Shown here piece by piece: positions 23,692-34,600 of a DNA stretch of 64,000 nucleotides. Under the pieces are notes generated by a model that saw nothing but the letters and a program-made list of their open reading frames with translations, had not been told where the DNA came from and searched no databases. This DNA is from Epithemia pelagica (taxonomy: Eukaryota > Protista > Bacillariophyta), in contig OX337239.1 in assembly GCA_946965045.2 (NCBI GenBank), positions 1,488,001 through 1,552,000 on the forward strand, given 5' to 3'. A program made the translations under genes and the position numbers. Every line of letters begins with the position of its first letter. Within the stretch, counting starts at the first letter, position 1.

Positions 23692-26600
23692 ATGGACGAC
23701 ATTGACCGTACCAAGATCTTCCCTTGGCACGCCAGCACTGCTGAGCAGTGTTTCAATGAACTCGGTGTGGGTGCTGACCACAAGCGCACTGGTCTTACGA
23801 CGTCCGATGCGGGTACTCGTTTGGCCAAGTACGGCCCGAACAAGATGAGTGAAAAGGAAAAGACAACTCTCTTGCAACGTATCTGGGACCAGGTTGCCAA
23901 CGTGTTGGTCGGTATCCTTGTGTTTGTCGCTGTTGTGTCCGCCGCCCGTGCCGCAACCTCTTCTGGTGAAGACGTTGTCACCAATTGCATCCAAGTTGGT
24001 ATCATCGTCGGTGTCATTGTGTAAGTTGAAATTAGCTTGGACCTGCCATGGTTTGTAAACGCAGACATGTCTCACTTAGATAAATGTTTTTTGTCGCAGT
24101 ATCAACACATGCATTGGTATCATTCAGGAAGGTTCTGCCGAGAAGGCCGCTGATGCCCTAAAGGCTATGATGTCCTCGGACGCTTTGGTTGTCCGTGATG
24201 GAAAAGACATCAAGGTCCCTGCCGACGAAATTGTCCCCGGTGAAATCGTCAAGCTCGGTTTGGGTGACCGTGTCCCTGCTGATGTTCGTATGTTGGAAGT
24301 TTCCAACTTGTCGGCCTTGGAAGCCGCCTTGACCGGAGAATCCGTTCCTATTGACAAGACCATTGATGCCATTGATGTGGAAGGTGATCCGTCCCAAACC
24401 CCTCTCGGTGACCGTCACAACATGTGCTTCAGTGCTACTCTCATTGCCCAGGGTTCTGGTATTGGTCTCGTTATCGCCACTGGTGATGAAACCGAAATTG
24501 GTACCATTAATGCTCTCGTGAGTAAGGTTGAGAAGAAGAAGACCAATGTGTTGGAACAGATTGACACTGTGTCCAAGTGGCTCGCTGCTTTCATTGCCGT
24601 GACTGCTCTTGCTACCTGGTTTGTTGCCTTTTTCATCACTGATGAAAGTGGAATTGATGCTCTTACTACGGCCCTTGTGTGTGCTGTTGCCATGATTCCT
24701 GAAGGTTTGGAAGCTATTGTGACCATGACTTATGCCTGGGCTGTGAAGAATATGTCCAAGCAGAACGCCATTATCCGTGCTCTTCCCGCTGTGGAGACTT
24801 TGGGTAGTGTGACCACTATTTGCTCTGACAAGACCGGTACCCTCACAAAGAACGAGATGACTTTGACCGCCTTTGTTACCTCCGAAAAGCGATTCCGATT
24901 CGATGTCAACGCCTCTGCGCGCAAACCTAGTAACTTCGTGGTGGACAACTCTTACTTGGCCACTCGTGCTGATCACTCGAAATACATCAATGCCAGTGAG
25001 ATCATCAAGAAGGGACCTTCTGCTCAACGCAAGAGCCGCCGCGGAAAGAAGAACACATTCCCCTTCGGTATCACTGAATCCATGCATCCCACCAACGCCA
25101 CTGAAGCCGAAACTCCCCCTCCCGGAGCCTCTGCTACCCCCACGGAACCCGACGCTACTCCTGAACCCTTCCATGGTGGTGAGAGTCCTGATACTGCCTT
25201 CGTTCGTACTGCCATGTGCGGTGGTATCTTGTGTTCCAAGTGTTCTCTCGGTGAAGGCGGTGGTCGCAAGGGTGAAATTGGAAACCCCACTGAACTTTCC
25301 ATCCTTCGTGCCGCCTACTTCTCTGATGTTGATGTGACTGCTGTCAAGGACAGTGCCCCGGTCATTGCTGAAGTTCCTTTCAGCTCTGAATACAAGTTCA
25401 TGGCTACTGTCCACTCTCCTGTCGCTGAAAACGATACTACGGACTACATGGACAAGTTGATCGTTCACGTCAAGGGTGCCCCTGATCGTATGATTCCTTT
25501 GTGCAAGTACCAGGCCAAGAATGGAAGCTTCAAGGAAGAAGATCTTGAACCATGTGACAAGGACTACTGGATTGAACAGATCGCCATTCTCTCTTCACAT
25601 GGTCTTCGTGTTTTGGCTTTGACCCGTGGAACTCTTGAACAAGGTGCTGTCACTCCCGGTGAACAGCTTGGTCCTGAATTTGTGCAAGAACGTGGTGAAC
25701 CTTGGTTGACAATTGTTGGTCTTTGTGCTATCATGGATCCTCCTCGTCCTGAATGTGTTGAAGCTATTCGTATTGCCCACGGTGCTGGTGTTCGTGTTGC
25801 CATGATTACTGGAGACCACAGAGATACCGCCCTTGCGATTGGAGGTATGCTTGGTTTGGTTGACAAGGAACATTCCAGCGCCGTAATCGGACCTGAATTG
25901 GATGCCATGAGTGATGACGAGTTGAAGGCCGCCGCCCAAAAGTACAATGTGTTTGCCCGTGCCTCTCCTCAGAACAAGATTCGTATTGTGAAGGCGTTGC
26001 AAGCTGAAGGTGAAGTTTGTGGTATGACTGGAGATGGTGTGAACGATGCTCCTGCCTTGAAGGCTGCTGATATGGGTGTTGCCATGGGTAAAGAAGGAAC
26101 CGACGTCGCCCGTGAAGCCTCCGAGATGATTTTGGCCGATGATAACTTTGCCACCATTGTCAGTGCTGTCCGTGAAGGTCGTGTTGTGTGGGACAATCTT
26201 CGTAAGGTGTTGATGGTGAACACTCCTATCAACAACGCCCAGGGTATGTCTGTGTTTTTCGGTCTTTTGCTTGGTCTTGAGGAGACTCCGTTGTCTTCTA
26301 TTCAAGTGTTGTACTGTAACTTGATTTGTGCCGTGACTCTTGGTTTTGTGGCTGCTGTGGAACCTGCCGAGGATGGTATTATGGACCAACCCCCTCGTCG
26401 TGTTGGAAAGCGTTTGATTGGTCGATTCTTGTTGTTGAGAATTGCCATTGGAACTATTACTTTGGTTGCCTGTACAGTTGGATCTGTTTTCTGGGCCGAA
26501 GACTTGGGTTACACCTTGGAAGAAAAGCGTGCTCAAGCCCTCAACACTTTGTCCTTCGGAGCCATCAGTATCACTGCCAGTGCCCGTTTTGCCCGCAAGT

Positions 26601-26929
26601 CTTCTTTCCACCCTCGTAGTTTCCGAGGAAACGCCTTTGCGTGGTACTCGTATGCTATCATGGCTGTGATGCAAGTTTTCATTACCTACACTCCTGGATT
26701 GAATGACACCATCTTTACAATGGACGCTATGGATGGTCCTCAGTGGGGTCTTGTCGCCTTGTTTATGGCTGTTGTCATGGTTGTTATGGAAACCGAGAAG
26801 GCCATTCGTGGTTATGTCACTGAACTCAAGTACTACGAAGAGGACATGGAAGACGCTCCTATTGTCAAGGACACTACTCCTCTTCCCGCCGAAGTCAACC
26901 GATTCGGAAAGAACGAACTTACTCATTAA
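23692..26929 (+). CDS. Type II P-type cation-transporting ATPase, copy B (exons 23692-24020 and 24100-26929)
   Basis: Same motifs as copy A. A 79-nt GTAAGT...CGCAG intron lies at the same codon position; exon 1 is 329 nt in both copies. Confidence 0.95.
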
Positions 26930-27287
26930 ATTCCATCACGTTTATGTATTTTGTATCTCATGGTTGGTTTGAAGCATGCCGATCGATCAATATTTTTGAT
27001 TCAGTGATGGCGGGGACCAACAAGTGTCTTATTTTCCCTCTAAAGCTAGACCTAAGATTGAATTTTACTTGCTTTGAATAGCCAATAGGTTTTGGTATCT
27101 TCACCGTCCTCCATTTGAGTCAACATTACTTGAAATATTCTCTTGGATGATTTGCCCTTAGCCAGAAATTAATTTGGGTCCCTGAAGTCTCCGAGCAGGT
27201 AGCATTTCTGGCCGCCAGGTAGCATGGCAGCAGAACAAAAAAAAGCGTCTTCTTGATCATCGTCACACAACAACAAGACCCTCAACG

Positions 27288-29021
27288 ATGCAAAACGGCA
27301 GCAACAGTGCTAATGCTGGAGCTTCATCGGTAGCCAACAACAATAACCTGAACAATAGCCGGAATGTTGCAAGTGTGACGACTTCCACGAACAATAGCGC
27401 CATAGAAGCTTCCACCAACCGATCCCTTCAACGACCAGCGGGGACTGCCAATCCTACCTCCACGACCACGACCCATGCGGCACAGTCGGGGACTGGCGGT
27501 CCATCTACAACAAGCACTTCTACGTCAACCCTTACAACGAATGTAACTCCATCAGAATGTTTGCAAAAGTTGGTCGAAGAACATTTGACCCAAGTGATTC
27601 GCGATGTGGCGAGTGTCTCGCGACATGCCAAGCGGGCTCGATTGCATCCCAAATCAGCCACGACAACAACGACGGGCTCTTCCACTACGGCAACCCCAGA
27701 AAACGGCGGATATTGGACACTCCGTCGTCTTCATGCATCTGATGTGAATATGGCACTGCAGCTGCGTGGTTTCGAGCCCTTGTACGGGACGGCGGTGGCG
27801 GCTACGACCATGAATGAATCGTCCACGACGAGCAGCAATACAACAATTCTGGATTTACAGGAATGGGTGCGACAATCGGCCATGGCTGTCACACAACCTC
27901 CTTCTGAAACGGCCGCCTCCGTCCATTGGCTTGCCGTACAAGGAAAAGTACCAGAAATTCCACAAAATATCGTGGTCACTACACCAACGACCAGCATGAC
28001 GAGTAACAAAACAAGTACTCCGGCAACCACTGGAGCCACGACAAAGTCAGCAGGAGGCACTGTGGAACCATCTTCATCGCAAAATCCGTTGCTGGTACAA
28101 CAACTACAAACAGCCTTTTTATCGGAGGAACTACGGCTGTATTTTGGGCGTGTCACTACAGCAGTGGAGAGTAGCACTCAAAATCGGTCGTCTTCTTGGC
28201 AAAGTCACGAAAAGACAATCATGATTCTTCGGGGAGTTTTGGAATCCGTGGCTAGGGATGCTGGTTTACAAGAATTGGTACCCTTTTTGATTCGCTACAG
28301 CCAGCAAGCCTTGTACCAGCATGTCGAGCATTCTGTCACTGTGTTACAATTGATCTTGGCACTTTTACAAAATCCCTTTCTGCATTTGGAACTGCACATC
28401 CATGAACTCTTACCAGCACTCATGACATGTATTGTTACCACCAGAACCACTAGCGCGACCTCTGGTCGAGGACAATCTCTGGCTGGGCCATCCTCTACTC
28501 CCTCCAAACTTGCCCAACAACAACAGAACCAACATTGGTTAGTGCGACAATGGTCCAGTTTGGCCTTGGTTGTGGCTTGTCATTGTTTCCAGAAGGAGTA
28601 TGTCACTCTACAGGCCCGTGTGTTGAAAACGTTGTGTCAAGGCTTAGATCCTCGAAAGCCTCTACAAAGTCGATACGGAAGTTTAATCGCCTTGGCTCAC
28701 TTTGGACCCAAAGCTGTCGATGCCTTTGCGTTGGACGTCTTGGTCCAGTATTGGCCAATGTGGCGACAAGAAGCCTTGGATCTAAAAAGCGGAACGGATT
28801 CATCGGTAACTCCCGAAAATCTCGTGCTGTTTGAAAAAGCACTCAACATGTGTCAACTAGCCGCTCTGGAAGCCTTGCACGTGTACTTTCAAGGTATGAC
28901 ATTGGTGGAACAAGCCAATCGTGCGGAATGGGATTGGTATGAGGTCTTGGGCGATGCCGCCACGCCACTGATTCTCATGGCCGAGCCAGATCAGTGTCCT
29001 TATGCAACTTGTTTTGTGTAA
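27288..29021 (+). CDS. TAF6: TFIID subunit 6
   Basis: Histone fold (RDVASVSRHAKR...RRLHASDVNMALQLRGFEPLYG), VHWLAVQGKVPEIPQN, LSEELRLYF, DAGLQELVPFL, LLQNPFLHLELHIHELLP, RYGSLIAL. Confidence 0.9.
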   Translation: MQNGSNSANAGASSVANNNNLNNSRNVASVTTSTNNSAIEASTNRSLQRPAGTANPTSTTTTHAAQSGTGGPSTTSTSTSTLTTNVTPSECLQKLVEEHLTQVIRDVASVSRHAKRARLHPKSATTTTTGSSTTATPENGGYWTLRRLHASDVNMALQLRGFEPLYGTAVAATTMNESSTTSSNTTILDLQEWVRQSAMAVTQPPSETAASVHWLAVQGKVPEIPQNIVVTTPTTSMTSNKTSTPATTGATTKSAGGTVEPSSSQNPLLVQQLQTAFLSEELRLYFGRVTTAVESSTQNRSSSWQSHEKTIMILRGVLESVARDAGLQELVPFLIRYSQQALYQHVEHSVTVLQLILALLQNPFLHLELHIHELLPALMTCIVTTRTTSATSGRGQSLAGPSSTPSKLAQQQQNQHWLVRQWSSLALVVACHCFQKEYVTLQARVLKTLCQGLDPRKPLQSRYGSLIALAHFGPKAVDAFALDVLVQYWPMWRQEALDLKSGTDSSVTPENLVLFEKALNMCQLAALEALHVYFQGMTLVEQANRAEWDWYEVLGDAATPLILMAEPDQCPYATCFV

Positions 29022-29914
29022 TTCCATCGAAAGAGGTTATTTCATACTACCGATAGTCCACAAAAGCTTCCATAGCAAACATGAGCGAACCAACACAACA
29101 CTCATTACTCGCTAGCTCTACTAGAAGTTGATTCACGTTTCGTTCGTTATCTTCTTATTCTCTGTCGCATGGATTGTTGCTTACCAACCACAGGTCATGT
29201 TTCTTAGGCCTTCCAGATGGGTGCCATTGACGCTCCGAGGACTAGAGGAGTCCTAGAATAAGAACTTTAGCTAGAGGAGTCCCAGTCCCATTCATCCATT
29301 TCTCCCTTTGATCAACTGACACACCGAATTCATGTCAGTGAAATGAAATCTCGCTCAACGCCCAACGGAAGGGGGCAAGCGTTGGGCCCCGGAATCGCAC
29401 ACGAATTAAAAATTTGGGGGTGGACATCTCTCTCCAATGAGTTCCTCGCGGGACGTGGAAGATGCGCTCCGATCCATGAATGTCCTGTAACGGTAAATAA
29501 CGTTGATCGCATGCCTACACGGAGATTATTAGGATCGACTTACACAAAACAGCTCGCGGATTCGACAAGCCTCGCTACATTTTGAAACATTTAAGACTTC
29601 GCTCATCCTCGGATAAGAATTGGCTAGCTCGGTCGCGATAATACTTAGGCCTCGCTGAAACATAGGCTCATCGAACTTTGGCACACCCGACTCCGTAGCT
29701 ACGCATGCGTTCAAACGGATCACGACATTTTCCTCTCTAAGTACTTATCCGAAGGTGCTCCAACCGTCATTGTCACCTTCGGCGAGGATCGACCAAACGC
29801 ATCGTGGCTCTCCACTCTCCAGATCCAATCGTCCTCTATGTGATCATATTCGCAGCACAAGCTCCTCTTGAACGCAGTCGATCACAGTCACCACACTTGA
29901 GAGAAACGAAAATC

Positions 29915-30919
29915 ATGAAGCTTGCTTTGGCCGCCACCCTTTTGCTTTCTGTCCCTTCCGCCTTTGGCTTCAAGAAGACCGCCGTTCTTGGACGTCGTTT
30001 GCAAGACGGTGACCAAAACAACCAAGGCGACGATGCCGCTGAGGAAGACGAGTTCCAGTTCCTCCAGAACTACGAACAAGTGTACATGACCTGTGACCCT
30101 AACAAGATGGTCTATAACCAAGAAGATGGCAACTACGAAGTTGGTGCCGTCGTGTACCGTCTTTGCCCCTCCGGCACTGCCTGTGACGATAACGAACGTG
30201 CCTGCGCTTCTGGATATGGTGACTACGTTGTTGGCCTCCAAACGTACATGGAGGGCTTCATGAACCAGTTCAAGCGTGAACAAGAGGAGTACAACCAATA
30301 CAACGGTGGTAACAACCAGGACGAAGAATTCAACATGGAAGAATTCGGCCAATGCGGTAAGTTCGAAGTCCAAGCCAACGACGACCAGAACAACCAGCAA
30401 GAGTTCGACGAAAACGGCAATGAGCTGTCATACTTTATTGGTCCCCTCTGTACCGAAGGAGGAGATATCCGTCTTGCTCTCTTCTACGGTCCTGACAACG
30501 GAGAAGACGGAGAGACCGCTTGTCAACCCGATTACGAAACCGCCGAAGGTACCTTCTACGAATTGACTGGATTCAACCTCCCCTGGTCTTCTTCCATCAT
30601 GGACGACCAAAAGTGCAAGGCCTACTACTGCTCTGCAGTCAACGACAACGGTGAATACGAGATCAACGAATTCTGCCAACAGCTCTTTGAAAACTCTCAG
30701 ATGAAGTGCGAAGAACAAATGGAATACTACTCTCCTTACGGTCAAATGGTTGCCGACTGTGAAGAAGTGGAAGCCATGATTCCTTCTTACGGAAGTGGAA
30801 ACGGTGCCGGATGGTTCGTCTTCCTCCTCCTCGTTGCTTGCGTTGTTGGATTCGGCGTCTGGTACTTCATGCAGCAGAAGAAGAAGAGTGCTGTCAACCA
30901 GGAAGGCCTCATGATGTAA
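29915..30919 (+). CDS. Silicanin-1-like (Sin1 family) type I membrane protein
   Basis: 334 aa from ATG 29915. Signal peptide, RRL (RXL) motif, N/Q/acidic-rich luminal domain with 12 Cys (VYRLCP, GYGDYVV, YFIGPLC), one C-terminal TM helix and short basic tail QQKKKSAVNQEGLMM. Strong C/T-ending codon bias. Confidence 0.8.
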   Translation: MKLALAATLLLSVPSAFGFKKTAVLGRRLQDGDQNNQGDDAAEEDEFQFLQNYEQVYMTCDPNKMVYNQEDGNYEVGAVVYRLCPSGTACDDNERACASGYGDYVVGLQTYMEGFMNQFKREQEEYNQYNGGNNQDEEFNMEEFGQCGKFEVQANDDQNNQQEFDENGNELSYFIGPLCTEGGDIRLALFYGPDNGEDGETACQPDYETAEGTFYELTGFNLPWSSSIMDDQKCKAYYCSAVNDNGEYEINEFCQQLFENSQMKCEEQMEYYSPYGQMVADCEEVEAMIPSYGSGNGAGWFVFLLLVACVVGFGVWYFMQQKKKSAVNQEGLMM

Positions 30920-31630
30920 ATTCGTTCCAGCCCCGAAGAAACCCGCTGTCTCACGTCAAAAGGTCAATGATCTGCTCCCCTAAACCACGATGGATGTGTG
31001 TTTGCGTAGTTAGTTACCTATTTATATATTAAGTATTTTGGTTGAAATAAACTTCGAATGCTGGTCAAATGTGAAGAGGACTTCCGCTTCCGGCCATGGT
31101 CAAAAAGCCGCACACAACCGGAGTTCGGGTCGTTTGAAGAAGAATACGCAGACTCGTCGCAACGCCAACGGTTCAACACTGTAGGCTCTGCTGTACTTTC
31201 CAGTTTCATCCAACTCCAACGGTATGAAATCTGAAAGCCAATTCGCTCCAAGAAATGTCCCAGTCATATCCAAGCGAGCCGGTCACACTGCTTAAGAAAA
31301 GATCGCGGATATCCCGGTCCCATAAGCACTCGGCGTCGACATCCTTGCGAATCGGATACTCGCCACGCGCCCACTTTTCGCACTCCACACACACCAGCAC
31401 AACCACACGGCTGACAATCTGTGTGCGCGCACCTCAGACCTCTCCTTTTTTTTGTTTTCTCGCCCGAGGACCTGTCCTCTCCTCCTAAGTCTATCTCATT
31501 CTCGTTCTTCTTGTGTTGAGCGACAAAGAAGAGCGTCACTTTGACAGGTTGTTTATTCGACAAGGCAAACTGTAGGGGAGCAACTTTGTTTGTTGATTTG
31601 ACCAGCCGTAAAAGCAATACATGTACGAGC

Positions 31631-34600
31631 ATGACGACTCTTGGTTCACCCCGAACGCCGTCGTCGTCGAGTACGGGTGCATTGTCACCGAAACCTCGAG
31701 GGCATTCACAACAACAACAACAACAGAAAAGTGCACAACCGTCCAAACGGTTGTCTTCCTCGGCGCAATCCTCTTCCACCATTCTGCGAGGAACGTTATT
31801 CAAAATGGTCGATTCCGTCATTCGAGGCGATCGTCGCGTCAAATGGACACACATTATGGAATATTTAGAAGCCAATACCTACACAGATCACGACCATCAA
31901 GTGCCACTGCCGCTTGAATCACCCTTACCGGCCTTTTGCCATGCCAGCAAGGAATTGGCTCGCGAATTGACGCCCTGTCTCAAGTCGGGGGATTCCGTGT
32001 TGCGGCGGACCGTCTTGGGAGGAGGACCGCAACGCATTGTCGCTGCCCTTTGTCATTTGGCACCCAAAGCCTTGGCCGTTCCGGATTCCAAAGGCCGTGT
32101 CTTGTTGCATTTGGCCACACGAGTTCCCGTGACGGCCGGCTCCGAAGCGGTCCTTCAAGTCCTGTTGCAGGCGCATCCGGCAGCTCTCTTGACACGTGAT
32201 TCGTACGGTCGTACACCGCTTCATTGGCTCTTGTGGTACCATTGTTCGGAACGACAAGTCGATGTTGTTTCCATGTTTTGTCGAACCTTGTCCAAACAAA
32301 AACTCTACTCCCTCCCCAGCAACTTGCCCGATACCGTCATTCAAGATTGCAACTTTGCGCTTCCGGCAGTTCCGAGACCGCAACAGGACCATTCTTCGTC
32401 TTCCTCCTCCTCGAGCAAAATTCCACCCACTGCGGCAATCCTACCCGATGCTGTCTACGGGTGTTTGCCCTTGCATTACGCGGTTGCGAATGGAGCCAGT
32501 CTGGATGTCATTCGAACCTTGCTCTTGGCCTACCCGCTTTCCAAAAATGTAACGGATCGTTATGGAAGGACGGCAGCTCATTGGTATTTAGGCGCTGGAC
32601 AAGTTGTCTTTGGCAACCACCATACTGCTAGTTTGTTGCATATTTCGGGGGAACAGCCCAATCCGCATGCCACTCCGTGGCATCAAACTCCTGTCCATGC
32701 CGATAAGCTTCAAGCGCTCTTGAGCTCCCGCGTCGCTCGAACCTTGGATGGGATGGGCCGGAATCTTTTGCATTGGGCGTGTTTTACCTTGGCCAATTCC
32801 ATTTATCATTCATCCGCCAACGATCGAACACAGACAACCATCCGTGCAGCACGTGTCAGTGGGAAAGATACCGTGGACTGTCAAATACAACCCTACATGG
32901 AAGCTATCCAAATGGCGATACCCATTTTGCAACTTTTGATGGATGCTCATACCAACCAAATTCTTGGAACCGATGAAGATGGCCAAACTCCCTTTTTGGT
33001 GCTCCTGGATACACTTTATAATTTGCAATCGCAGGATGTTGTTCCTCTTCCATATCCCAATCCCTATTTTGGAGGTTTCAAGGATCCCAACATGCGTTCC
33101 AGTCGCATTGGCTTTGAGTTTAGTCCAGTCCTCTTGAGAATGCTCATGGAACATCCTGACAGTGGTCGTGCTCTAATGGACCAGAGCAATAAGCGCAGCG
33201 ACTCCAACCGGCAACAACAACAACGTCAACCGCAAACCATGTTTCCAGCCTCGATTGAAGACTCCAAGGGACGACTTCCACTCCACGTGGCTGTGGCCAT
33301 TGGCTGTGGAATCCAAACCCTTTCGACCTTGGTTCAGGCTCATCCCACAGGACTGGTGCACACGACGGATACCTACCAGTCACCCCTTCATATGGCACTC
33401 TGTAATCCACTCGTGACTCCCTATTGGACAGCGTCTACTCTGACGGTTCTCTTGCAAACCTATCATACAGGTTCCAGTCCATTGGGCGGTGATGGTCATG
33501 GTTCGGTCGTGGTCGATGGCCGCATGGCACTCAAAATGGAAGACATGAATGGCGTCTACCCAATTCATTTCGCCACACAAAACAATGCCAGTGTCCGTGT
33601 CTTGGAGAGTCTCCTCCAAGCCTATCCGGCGATTGCTTTACAAGTTCGACATGACTCTCAAGATTTGGCCGTTTTCCATGTAATGCCCAATCACATGACG
33701 ACAAAGGAAGAAGAAGATGATGATAGAAAGGATGATCGTGATGCCGAGCTCTCGATCAAAAGCTATGACGCGCAATTTCGAGATATGATGCATGATTTGC
33801 TCCGAGGTCAAGAATCGTCCCAAACAACCACGCACTCGCCGTCGTCAATTTCGGCGAGACAAAAGAAACACATCTTCAATGAAGTGCTTCCAGTGCTGAA
33901 ACAGAAACTGCAACTCTTTATTCCAATCCTGTTACAAGATGCCGAGTCGTCCTCCAATGCCAGTCTATTACAGCGTCCCGATTCCAGACATCACATGCAT
34001 CTCTTGCATGTCGCGGTCCTGTTCCAAGGTGCAACGTACAGTCAGCTGGCACAACTGCTGAAACTGTTCCCCGATTCGGCCAAGCACATTTGTAACTGCC
34101 TCCAAGACCCGCCACCGCCCCAAGATCAGCTGCCTGATGAAGGTTCGACTTGTGAAAAAGAACCCGCGACTCCCCCGGAATGGACCGTCTTGGACTTGCA
34201 TGAAGCGGTCCAACCTCACTGGCTTGGTGAATCCATGGACGAATGGCATCATATTCGACAGCTGTTGTTTGCCCATTTTCCATTTGTACCCAGTCATCGA
34301 CGTCGCCAAGAATTGTTGACCCAGTGTGTTCATATCGTCGTCCAAGAAGTTGCCTATAAACCAAAATTGACAGAAGATGAATACCGAGATGATAAAGATC
34401 CTACCTTGCAAAGCAGTTTCCATTGGTATGCCTTGCAGGAAGCAGCGGAGGAAGAGATGAATGCTCCAGATGTCGAGATTTCGCATTCTCTGTCGGCAAT
34501 TGAAAATTCTGTACGTCTCAGCCTCAATATTCGACAACCGCCCCTTCCCATCGGTCCCTCGAACCGTCTTCGCGGATCACGCACGAAAGGATCTTCTTCA

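Noticed and set aside
29240-29285. CTAGAGGAGTCC x2 and similar CTAG/CTCCTA-rich tracts near 43170 and 52650
   Set aside because: Short low-complexity intergenic texture without defined boundaries; cannot be called an element from this window alone.
29888-30745. Antisense ORFs over the Silicanin-like gene
   Set aside because: Same codon-bias shadow effect.
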